Shown: positions 54,072 through 64,000 of the stretch, in pieces
Layout of the letters: every line of letters starts with the position of its first letter
Position numbering within the stretch: the first letter of the stretch is position 1
DNA from: Balanoglossus misakiensis
Lineage: Eukaryota > Animalia > Hemichordata
Assembly (NCBI GenBank): GCA_040954595.2
Contig: CM082578.2
Location: 8,851,519 to 8,915,518, forward strand
DNA: 64,000 bases
Direction: 5' to 3'
Translations under genes and position numbers: made by a program
Notes under the pieces: generated by a model
Seen by the model: the letters and a program-made list of their open reading frames with translations, nothing else
Database searches by the model: none
Told to the model about the DNA's origin: nothing

Positions 54072-55214
54072 CTGTGGGGAATCAAACGAGATAGTTTGCT
54101 GACTGAAAACAAAATGTATTTGTGGGACAGGGGCAGACTTCAAAATGAATTCCCTGAGCAAGAGAAGTACATAAATACTGAGAGAATCTTAAACAAAATT
54201 GTAAAAAGTTGAAGGTTTCATTTGGCAAACAGATTTGATTTCAACAAGCCTCAACTTTACATCCCATTGTCTAAATATGTAATCACTGAAAATCTTAGTT
54301 TACAGAAATGAGATAATGAGCCCTCTTCTTAAAGCCACTACCGGCAGACCTGGAATAATAACATTTTCTTTTTTTGAACAGATCCAACCCTCTTCTTTAA
54401 TATCAACTACCAGCAAATCAAATTAATAACATTGTCATTTTGGTACAGATCCAACTAATTCCTATTTCACATTTTTTTATCTTGACTACATAATTTACAA
54501 AAGCATCATATGGCAGCTTATAATGGCTTAATTCATTTTGATAGCATATCAAGTTTCTTGATTTCAGGAACAGTAAGTATTCCAAAATCATGCCGGAAAT
54601 TAACTGGAAAATGTTGCCAGAATCATACAGAATGAACAAGCCGTGCGACACTCAAAACGTTGATTAATTATGCGTCTGCAATTGAATATTTCTTCAGCCA
54701 ATCACCGAATGCTTCTATCAATAGATAATGAAGACGAAGGTAGACTTTTTTTATCCATTAATCCATTGGCAACTTGCCAACATAGTACTAGCTCAGGGCA
54801 GTTGCAGGCTGGCAGAATGGCTAAGTGATTAGTAGTCTGTCATTTAAAAAATATTCTGCGATCATTTTCCTCCACATCTTCTCAATCTTGATAAGATACT
54901 CTATTTCAGTGTTTCTGATATGAGGCCTAGGATATCAATGTAATATATATGACTCATTATAAGTCAAATCTTAAAAATATCAACAGATTGAAAAGAGGAA
55001 CTTTGTCATAAATCTATCATACTTGTTGAGGAAGTTTAAAGAACTGAAATCTACCGGAATCATCAAATATTTTTTCTCGAATAATAATTTGTGGGGATGT
55101 TGGTTGCAGGTATATTTCATGGCCAGTTCAATGTCAGATACAAACCAACCATATGGACTCTACCAGGAAAACATAGGTAGGGGAGGGGGGCTGGACTGGA
55201 GGGACTGATTTTAC

Positions 55215-55340
55215 CTTGTAAATCCATGGCATGTGCAGATGAATCCTTAGCTTCCTGTTTGGCCTCCACAAGTTGGTCTTTTAGCTGCATATTCTCATGT
55301 AGTGCTTTTTCAGTTGCCTCCTGTGATTCTGACAGGTCAT
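55215..55340 (-). CDS. SLMAP: SLMAP exon, 126 nt (2x63), phase 1-1
   Basis: ttttacag|AT GAC: NDLSESQEATEKALHENMQLKDQLVEAKQEAKDSSAHAMDLQ; G|GTAAAA. Confidence 0.88.
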
Positions 55341-57117
55341 CTGTAAAATACAGAGTAGAAAAAAGATACCTGTGTTGAAATACGGTTATTTCAAATACCG
55401 CACTAAGGCACAGAGTTCAATAGTCTCTGATTCTGAAGCCATTTCGAACTTAAAACCAAGATCAACACTGGGTCCCTTGTCTTGTAACGATATGTCGTAA
55501 GTGTAACACTACAGTGAGAGTGAAATGTGTCATTTAATATTTAGATTCGGATACACAGAAATGATGTCCATTCTTGCAAATATACAATGCAGTCCCATAT
55601 GCCTATACCACGAATATACCTGAACATACCACAGCTTATCATTTTCATCTTAAACATCACAAAAAATTCTTTGAACAGGCCAAAGTTTGTTAAAGTTTTT
55701 ACAAATTATGAAGTCGCCAAGTTTATCAGTGCTGCAACAACTAAAATACACAGTCAGTCACAAATTAAGTTCATGGTCCTACATTGTTAATACCGGGCTT
55801 GTCTTCAATTTTGTGGGTGCATCACGACCTGGCAAGAGTTGTGTGCCCGATGCGCTCTCAGATGATTGTTTTGAAGGTCAATGACCTTTCTTCTATGATC
55901 TCAAGAGGCCTTAGGGCAGCTACAATACTATACAGGACACTGGGGGACCTCTGGTCAACCTTTTAATATCATTCCCCATGTGCAAATATTATAACAAGCG
56001 CATTTCAGAGTCAAAGGTAGGCTTTCATGATTAGCCTTTTTAGCATGCCTTTGTAAAAGGGACTTTTACTTAAAATTCCACAAACAAATTCCTACACTAC
56101 TTACAATTAAACACCCTCAAATGTTTGTCTTGCAATGCAAAAATGGGTTGACAGACCAAAGCAACCAGTACTGATACCACCCACAGATTGTGCCAACCAA
56201 TCATATCCAATTATAACCAATCATAACCAAAGCTAATCACACGAATGACACAAACCAACCCAAAATATCAGGAATGCCAAGCAATATGATATCAACAAGC
56301 ACAAACATACATTCCCGTGTAAATTAATATTTTCCAGACACAGAGTGATCATTCATTGAAGGTATCTCGCCATTTGTAAGAATAGTTATCATGAATTCCC
56401 CCTTTTTTTTGAATAGTGACTTTTCTGCATTATTATTAGATTAAAGATACAACTGCAATAATAAGATTGCCAATACAGGCTCCATCTATTGCTGGAGATG
56501 CAAAAATTGAAGAATGGCAATTTTCAGAGGAAGACAACACCAAAGATGAGCAAAGACATACTGTGTATGCCCTATGGCAATTTACATCTATTTTCCATGC
56601 AGGAATGGAGATTAATTAAGTGACAGTGGTGATCAAAGATGAAAAATAATACCCTTGCAGATGAAGAAGAAGGATGCAAAAAACCAACACACAAGCATGG
56701 GATGTTTGGATGAAAGTAATGACGTCAACTGTCGCATGAAATACATTCAGACGCGAACACAGTTCAGGAGAGAGCAATCAATATGGTAACGCAGCCGTGT
56801 ATTGAAGATGATTTACGCGCAGTCACGGATCGGCGGGCTGGGATGTGGGAGACGCCGGCAAAAGATGCCGTACATCAAGGATGTGCGGAAAACAAGGAAT
56901 GCAGCCAAGGTCTCAAAATACGATACCAACAGCAAAGGCTGGTGACTAGTCCCATTGTGACATCACCGTCTCTCTCTCGGGAGAAGCACTCTTACACCAG
57001 GGGGCTACATAACTCTCATGGGAGCCGACACTGCAGATACTAGAGACGTTTACACCTCCACTCTACGTCCCGCAGTCCGGTATAGAGAATCTCTCAAAAG
57101 ATAAACAGTTCTCTGGT

Positions 57118-57127
57118 CTATTTTTAG
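57118..57127. promoter_or_regulatory. MEF2 consensus site in the largest SLMAP intron in the window
   Basis: CTATTTTTAG = CTA(A/T)4TAG, next to a CpG-rich patch (about 56760-57100). Confidence 0.4.
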
Positions 57128-57280
57128 ATATTAATAAGTCAGTGTTATGAGGCGAGCTGGAGCTATTAAGGGGAAGCGGCGAAAAAGAATTGGAGAATAA
57201 TTACTGATGAGGCAGTCGAGTGTCACCTGGAAACGTTTCAGGGGTAACTGCGTTATGAGCTGATGTTGGTACGGTGACAG

Positions 57281-57343
57281 TGATGATGACGATGATGATG
57301 ATGATGATGATGGCGGTGATGATGATGATGATGATGATGGCGG

Positions 57344-57383
<40 letters not shown>

Positions 57384-57384
57384 A
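57281..57384. repeat. Imperfect (GAT)n microsatellite
   Basis: About 100 bp of GAT repeats with GAC and GGCGGT interruptions. Confidence 0.95.
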
Positions 57385-58111
57385 AGCTTTTCTCCTTTTT
57401 TAATTCAGTTACTTGCGACAGAAATGGAAATATCCTGCCAAATGCAACTCCACTGCACATCATACACAACACAGGAATGTTGCGTATGGACTGACAACAA
57501 ACCACGGACACATTACATGGGAGTTTTATTACTTATTAGGTACATAATGAATCTAATAATGAGTAATGAGGCCTCCCTGATCGTAAAAGCCAGTCCTACG
57601 GGCTGTGCCTGCTAGCTTCAGGATTACGTCTAATCTAATAATCTTCAGATCTGTGAGACATATACCGTAGGGATCATTTTAAAGTATAATTCTAAATGAG
57701 TGCCACTGTGCTGGGTTCAGCTAGCCATCACTCTATTTTAATAGCTGCAAACTGCCATCAACCTCACTTCTTTCTCAGCTCTACTGCCACCGTCAACAAT
57801 ACTCCACATTTCATGCTTCTTTCACCACATGATCAAAGCCTGCAGTGAATTATTAACTGTGGTAGTGACTGCATTTCAACATTTTTTCTTCAATTCTTGC
57901 AGAAAATCCTAGAGATCACTTCATATGTTACCAAAATGATAACATGCCACACAAGCTATTAATTCAATCTCAGGTACAAGTGTTGGGTAGTGGCATATAA
58001 GTAAGGCTAACTTGCCAAGAGAGGGGAAAAAATCACCAATGTGTATGCGCGATGTTACACATGAGAATAATGAATCTGGTAATCAAATATAATGAACACA
58101 GAATCACTCAC

Positions 58112-58148
58112 TGAACGGGACAGGAGGTAGCTGGACAGACGCACTCAT
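58112..58148 (-). CDS. Candidate alternative first coding exon of a short SLMAP isoform
   Basis: ataATG AGT GCG TCT GTC CAG CTA CCT CCT GTC CCG TTC A|GTGAGT = MSASVQLPPVPF; phase 1 donor compatible with exon 55215-55340; in-frame TGA 4 codons upstream. Confidence 0.5.
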
Positions 58149-59616
58149 TATGACACATCAGTCGTCAACTCGAAAAAGCCAAGACTGCCATTATAAGAAT
58201 TGCACAACTACGACGACTGAATATGCATTAGGGGTCCCCACACACACATATACACATTACCCCTGGCCACTGAACACCTTGTGAACACACAGAAATGCCG
58301 GTAGACTTCCGCAGGTCTGGTTACGTAAGTCTTTGAATGCTGGCACGGATTACACAGAACAAGAACAGGCCATCATCCGGCAACAATGCAATCTTTTATA
58401 CAACATGTCAAACTGCGATGAACTGTAGTTGAAAAGTGGGTTACTAATTGTCTGTAAACAGACTAAAGACTACAATAGATGCACATAAACAGACTCCTCC
58501 CCTTCTCCCTGATCCAACATTACATCTAAGACGATGAAATCACGGATAAATTAACAGAACAGAAATCAAAATGTTTGTGGTCTTTATCTTTTGAAAAGTA
58601 GAAAAGTTTTATGGACACAAACCAAATTACACAGCTCTTGTCAGCAGAAACATGGAGGCCTACCAACCAACAAAAAATGCCATTTCATACATTCCACCTA
58701 AAATGAGCTGTCAGCTAATCTGACAAGGGCAAAAGTGATATCTCGTGGCATGTAACTTACACTGGGTATAAATTGGCCGACATGCTTCAAACATGACTCG
58801 CCGTGGCCAAAAGCGACCATGCTATGGAGTCGCACTTGTTGAAAACAAGTGTCCCATCTTACAAGAGTCTCTCTTGTTCTTTAATAGTCAAACAAAGAAG
58901 GCTCTCCTGTTTAACTGTGATGCACATTGTTCTCCAATACAGTGATCCCCTGAACCAGCTTTACTGAATAAAATTGATGCTGTGTCACCGTCCAGAACTC
59001 ATTTGCTGACCCTCATAAATATGACACCTTTTTAAAATCCAGTCACCGAATTCTATCTCGTCCTCTGAAACACAGCTGCAATCCATTCATGATGAAATAA
59101 AGAAGAGTTTTTAAATCATGAAGCTAGCTTTCCTATTATCCAATACTTTCCTATTATCCAATACGGCTCAAGCATAAATTGGTTTCTTCATCTTTTCTGA
59201 CAGATGTCGTTGACAAAACTCGAGAATTCTGTCGACAATATCGGTGTCACTAGCAACTTATCAGACATAGCTGAGCTGCTTGTCTACAACTACTATCATA
59301 TTACATCACATATATTTCATGACAAGGACTCTACCCAACGGCCCAGTCACCCCTGGGAAATCACACACATACTCGCAAAATATTCGCAGACCCCCCACCT
59401 TCATTTTCGAATACTGTTTCGACCTTGACTGACAAAACAACGACTGTCACCCAGGGATGTGAAAACTCACAAAATCTGAGGATCTGGGAGGGAGAAACGG
59501 CAGTCATTCCACAAATAACAAAATGCCACACATCTAAACTATGAACAGTAATTGACGCAGTGGGTAATTCACATACACACAACTCCACCGGCAAAAGAGA
59601 AAAGACCGGGACTCAC

Positions 59617-59679
59617 TTTTCAGTCTATCCAGGTCCATGTCGCTCATCCTGAGCTTCTCCTGGCTTTCCGACAGCAAAC
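59617..59679 (-). CDS. SLMAP: SLMAP exon, 63 nt, phase 1-1
   Basis: cttgcag|GT TTG: GLLSESQEKLRMSDMDLDRLK; A|GTGAGT. Confidence 0.85.
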
Positions 59680-60726
59680 CTGCAAGACGGAGAGAGATCG
59701 TGATGTCAGTCTCGGGGTGTGGACGCAGTGTCTGCTGGTGTCGCTCGGAGTGACCACACAACTGTGCGGCCAATGTAGGCCATCCGAGAAAGACAGAGGG
59801 TGATTTGTACTAACTAGACTGTGTGTGTGTACAGTACTACATGTATGCGTATGTGCATTCCAGAGGCTATCCTTTACAGCCCAGACTGTTTTTTCCTCCG
59901 TGCCATACCTCTTACAGAATGCTGGATGTAATTATAGAGCCTCTCCACCACCTTCTCGGCTGATGTAACTGCATATTTACCACAAATACTGACACCCTTT
60001 GTTATTTATAGCTCCTGTTTACCCTCTCAAACTCCAGTTATTTTTGTTCCTCTTGCCATATTTTTACACTCGCAGCAATCTGTCCATACACCCACCACAT
60101 AATTACAAATGTACATTTTGTTTCCCATAAGGTGGAATGTATTACTCGGTAGTTTGCGACAATGCATTCCATGCTGAATATTTATACAGTAGGAAGACAT
60201 ATAGGATACACTAAAAAAGTTGCATCATTCTAATAATCAAAGTGCTTTGTGAGCACTGTTTAACTTTTGGCACTACCGTGGTGTACAAGTGTGTGTTTAA
60301 TCCCCAAATTTTGACTCTACCCTACTACTCTTACCACAGTGCGGGATACACAAAATATTCTTCAAGTATGGACGGTTAAACACACTTGACGTTATAATGG
60401 AGCTCCCCCTCTGTACAACTAAGTATTTTCAAAGCGGTCTCCTGTTAAAACAGTTGATACCCTGCAAATACAACCCCTGGCCTTGTTTCTGAAGGTCACA
60501 TACTTGGCTTTACAATTCTTCCACTGTTCTTCACCTGAATTCAATTATCTGCTTCATTCATATTCATACACGACGACAGATTCCATGATTGTGTGACTAT
60601 GATCACTAGAGGGCGCCCCACACTGGCAAATGTGATGCATCTATGAAACGTCTGGCAGTGGAAAACATTTTTTTTTCTGCCTGGTATACAGACAATTTTG
60701 AAAAGCAGGCGAGACTTGCAACCTAC

Positions 60727-60792
60727 CTTGTAATCTGTGTATTTCCTGAGAAAAGTTTTGCGTGCCTTCAGGAGCACCGTCTACTTCATTAT
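60727..60792 (-). CDS. SLMAP: SLMAP exon, 66 nt, phase 1-1
   Basis: tttttttacaacag|AT AAT: DNEVDGAPEGTQNFSQEIHRLQ; G|GTAGGT. Confidence 0.78.
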
Positions 60793-61134
60793 CTGTTGTA
60801 AAAAAACCAAACAGGTAACAGTTAGTCGACAAAGGAACACATTGTTTTGGAATTTTTGCATGAAAATTACAGGAAAAGGACAGAGAGAACACCAAATGAC
60901 AGAACTCGCTGTGTGAAAATGTCTGGGTGTCAGGGCATATTTTTCGCACACTGCATATGCAGGCAAAACTATGGGCTTGTTCCACTGAAGTTGGGGTGGG
61001 GTGTGGCACTGACAACTTAACCCTACTGACACTTTCTCGTGGTCTGATTTTTCAGCATCTGCCATTCTCCTCGGATGAGAAGGAAAAATAATTACTGGGT
61101 CGGAACATGATGGAAAAGAATAGCTGACACTCAC

Positions 61135-61182
61135 CAGATAGAAGTGTTGTCAAAGGCTCTTCCAGTGTTTCCTCTAAGGCAT
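61135..61182 (-). CDS. SLMAP: SLMAP exon, 48 nt, phase 1-1
   Basis: tttag|AT GCC: DALEETLEEPLTTLLS; G|GTGAGT. Confidence 0.65.
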
Positions 61183-61311
61183 CTAAATCATCACAAATGA
61201 GAAGAAATAAAGAAGGCAAATGTTGGTGATATCAACCACTACAGTCAAAATCTACAAAGATTATCACAAGAACTGCACCTCTAGGCAATTTGTACGACTT
61301 TAACTACATAC

Positions 61312-61440
61312 CCTTTTTATGTTGTCCAATATGGTTGTGTATATTGCCAAGCTGATCTGGTAGCTTGGTAAGTAACAGGCTATCTTGTGGCCGATGTCCA
61401 TCATTGGTTAAGATCATATCGTCCACGTTCGATAGTTGTT
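61312..61440 (-). CDS. SLMAP: SLMAP exon, 129 nt, phase 1-1
   Basis: tttctag|AA CAA: EQLSNVDDMILTNDGHRPQDSLLLTKLPDQLGNIHNHIGQHKK; G|GTATGT. Confidence 0.72.
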
Positions 61441-61703
61441 CTAGAAACAAAATAGTGAGCATACATGTAGCAGAATGATTGACTAAAATCCAGTCAAAAA
61501 TGATATCCAACATGAAGATACTGATGAGTGTAAGCAATTGTGAATATGATAGCCATGAGATTCCCCCCCCCCTCAACCTCTCCTGCCCTCCTCTCTTTCA
61601 CTCCTCATTTTATTCTCCCTTTCTCTGAGTGTACAGTCTGCCAGTGTGCTAGGGCATGCATGTTTTCAAGTTCTTGTCTTTGTACATAAGTTCTCTCTTT
61701 TAC

Positions 61704-61766
61704 CTTGCAATCTCCTTGCAAGTTCTTCACTTGTGTCACTTTTCTTCTCTGCTTCCTTGAGACGCG
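61704..61766 (-). CDS. SLMAP: SLMAP exon, 63 nt, phase 1-1
   Basis: ttgcag|CG CGT: ARLKEAEKKSDTSEELARRLQ; G|GTAAAA. Confidence 0.8.
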
Positions 61767-61969
61767 CTGCAATGTACAAAAGTTTCTCCACTTATTTCTC
61801 CTGTATGAAATCATCTGAGTATTAACAATGGTGCTACCATAAGAAGTGAGGAGCCTATGTTTTGGTGAACTATGATGTCAACATGTTTGTAATCCAAATC
61901 ATATAATCCTAATTAATGACAACCATGACGCCGACCAGAAAATCAGATCTTGGTGTGAAGTTGGCTTAC

Positions 61970-62086
61970 CTTCCAGCGAATTGGCTTGCGCAATATTCTG
62001 GATGGCTTCAAGTCTAGCTTGGTCCAGCTGGGATTGTAAACAATCAATTTTTTCTTGTTTCTCTTGTAAGATTTCTTCTAATTTGG
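61970..62086 (-). CDS. SLMAP: SLMAP exon, 117 nt, phase 1-1
   Basis: AKLEEILQEKQEKIDCLQSQLDQARLEAIQNIAQANSLE; tttacag acceptor, G|GTAAGC. Confidence 0.88.
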
Positions 62087-62243
62087 CTGTAAATGACAAT
62101 AAATGAAAAGAGAATAAGCAATGTGTTGTCATGACAATTCTTCACAATACATTTGGGATTTGTGTTTCTTCTGTGAAAAAGGATCCCTTCATGATCCCCA
62201 CTGAACAATATCCATTTTCACCTACTAGGTATCTTTTTCTTAC

Positions 62244-62363
62244 CTTTGTTTTGTGTATTGAGTGGATCTGTAGATATCAGATCATTTTGTAAACTGTCAT
62301 TACTGGAAGACTCGGGACTCTGTACAAGACTCTCATGAGTATTTACATCTTCTACAACTTGCA
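62244..62363 (-). CDS. SLMAP: SLMAP exon, 120 nt, phase 1-1
   Basis: tgtag|TG CAA: MQVVEDVNTHESLVQSPESSSNDSLQNDLISTDPLNTQNK; G|GTAAGA. Confidence 0.8.
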
Positions 62364-62575
62364 CTACAAACGAAAAACATCGACAAACATTCTGTCAATT
62401 ATTGCTACATCAAAACAAGGTGTCACGCTCAACCTGTATTAATGGTTACAATACTTTGACTGTCAAGGCTTCCATGTTATCTTTTATGATGATATGGTAA
62501 TCTGTCTGTTGTCTCACAAGTTTCAGATGCAGCTAGTTATATACCAGACACAAACGACCGGCTCAACAGACTTAC

Positions 62576-62734
62576 TTGTAACATCTTCTTGTCCATCACC
62601 ATCGGTCTTATCAAGAATACTTGTATCAGTATCGGCACCATCTCCCTGACCCTGAGCTGACTCCATACTCGTGTCTCTCTCAGGTTTTTCCGACGTCTCC
62701 CCCGGGAGCTGAGACTGAAGGGAAATCAACCGAG
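62576..62734 (-). CDS. SLMAP: SLMAP exon, 159 nt, phase 1-1
   Basis: tttcag|CT CGG: ARLISLQSQLPGETSEK...GQEDVT; donor A|GTAAGT. Confidence 0.85.
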
Positions 62735-62976
62735 CTGAAAGGAAAATTTATAGGAACGCTTTTCAGAATTTGTAGTAATCAGAACACTACACACGATCAA
62801 ATTGTTTTCCAACTCAAAATCACAATTCTTCAAGTGACAGCCACACAACAGCCAGTCATGTCAATCAAGAACCTAAGGGTACCCTCACAGTTTTCAGCCA
62901 ACCAGAAGTCAGTGTTACAAGTCAAATGAGCAGAAAAACCCCTAGACTAGTGTCTTCACACAGAATCTTCACTCAC

Positions 62977-63283
62977 CTTTGGTTGCATCCAGTTGCTGCT
63001 TCACGAAATCCCTGTCTGCCTGCAGAGACTCGACTTGTGCCGACAGGGAGGCCTCTTGTTTTTGGGCCGCATCTATTTTGGTCTCAAATTCTTCTCTCTG
63101 TCTCTCGACATTTTCGAACTCTTCTTGACTGGCCCTCTCTTTCTCGTCAAGTTTTATCGTGAGTTCTTGTAACTCTTCTATAGTTTGGTTGTGTTTCTCA
63201 CACAGTTTATTCAATTCTTTCTGCGTCTCTTCATGGGATTCCTTCACATGGGCTAGTTCATCTTCAGTATTGCTAAATGACCT
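62977..63283 (-). CDS. SLMAP: SLMAP exon (coiled coil)
   Basis: RSFSNTEDELAHVKESHEETQKELNKL...VESLQADRDFVKQQLDATK (cf. SLMAP RSLSNTEDE...LQADNDF); phase 0->1, G|GTGAGT. Confidence 0.93.
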
Positions 63284-63523
63284 CTGCAGATTGGAGACAA
63301 AACAACATTGCCTTAAGCCTCATTTCTTCTCTACAAATTATTTCCACCGAGTCTGGCTTTGGATTATACTTTTGGAAGAAGTCAAATTTACTCCCTCATT
63401 CTGTTAACAATACCTGGTACTGCTTAAACTCTGGTTGTTCATCAACAATCTATAACATCTTCAAATCACCATGTAACATACACCAACAACAATTCTACAC
63501 TGCACACAGCTTTGTGAACACAC

Positions 63524-63664
63524 CTCTAAATCGGACAGTTTCCTAACAGCATCAAGCTTTTCCTGCAAAACTCTCCTAAGCGACTCCTTGGCAGTTGTCT
63601 CGTACTTATGCTTGTCTTCCTGCAGCGCCACCAATTCTTTTCGTATACTATCTTCTGGCTGTGC
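63524..63664 (-). CDS. SLMAP: SLMAP exon (first in window; upstream FHA exons lie beyond the right edge)
   Basis: AQPEDSIRKELVALQEDKHKYETTAKESLRRVLQEKLDAVRKLSDLE closely matches the vertebrate SLMAP segment LQEDKHNYETTAKESLRRVLQEK; ccag acceptor, GAG|GTGTGT donor. Confidence 0.93.
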
Positions 63665-64000
63665 CTGGATTTGCGATGGAAGAGGCCACAGTGAGTGAGG
63701 GAGGGAGGAAATGGGCGAGTGAGCGAGTCTGCATGCATGTGATGTGTGTGTTTGAGTGTGAGTTAGACTGGGTGTGATGAACTGTAAATGTGCATGTAGT
63801 CGACACATTCCACCACAAAGACAAAGCCCAACATTGGGATGGAATTGAAAGTCTGCATGTCTGTCCCACAAAGACAACTTCGTGGGAGAAAAAGAAGAGT
63901 TCCCTGTTTTACAGAAAGAGTCCATTATACATTTATGTGTGGGATTCTTACTGAGAGGAAGTAATATTGAAATGGATGGATGTGAAACCGTTTTACTGTA

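Noticed and set aside
57131-57615. Poly-Ser (minus) and poly-Met (plus) ORFs
   Set aside because: Artefacts of the (GAT)n microsatellite.
60503-60535. Possible SLMAP mini-exon (cag|GTGAAGAAC...AA|GTATGT)
   Set aside because: Length is not frame-preserving between flanking phase-1 exons, and the pyrimidine tract is poor.
61021-61075. Possible extra SLMAP exon (ADAEKSDHEK)
   Set aside because: No acceptor/donor pair with good consensus gives phase 1-1.
1-64000. tRNA/rRNA/snRNA/miRNA genes, CRISPR arrays, autonomous transposons, prokaryotic operons
   Set aside because: None recognised by eye; the sequence is clearly intron-containing eukaryotic DNA. A covariance-model scan would be needed to exclude small ncRNAs.

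Overview
Eukaryotic (metazoan) genomic DNA, AT-rich, with GT-AG introns; it looks like a marine invertebrate deuterostome, but that taxonomic guess is weak. Two minus-strand, head-to-tail genes are present. (1) The 3' two-thirds of SLMAP (sarcolemmal membrane-associated protein): 20 exons reconstructed by hand, 63664->49886, ending in a tail-anchor TM segment and a ~2.1 kb 3'UTR. (2) The 5' end of a filamin gene: 6 coding exons, 32416->58, encoding the CH1/CH2 actin-binding domain and the first Ig repeats, with a 23.5 kb first coding intron. The most interesting signals are the SLMAP->filamin tandem arrangement (the same as vertebrate SLMAP-FLNB and CCDC136-FLNC), a run of 14 consecutive frame-symmetric SLMAP exons built partly on a duplicated 63-nt/21-aa (3-heptad) module, a candidate internal SLMAP first exon/promoter that would give an FHA-less isoform, and candidate distal non-coding first exons of filamin. 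Several MITE-type elements are also present. I found no prokaryotic-type system, RNA gene or autonomous transposon. Most ORFs in the supplied track are spurious.
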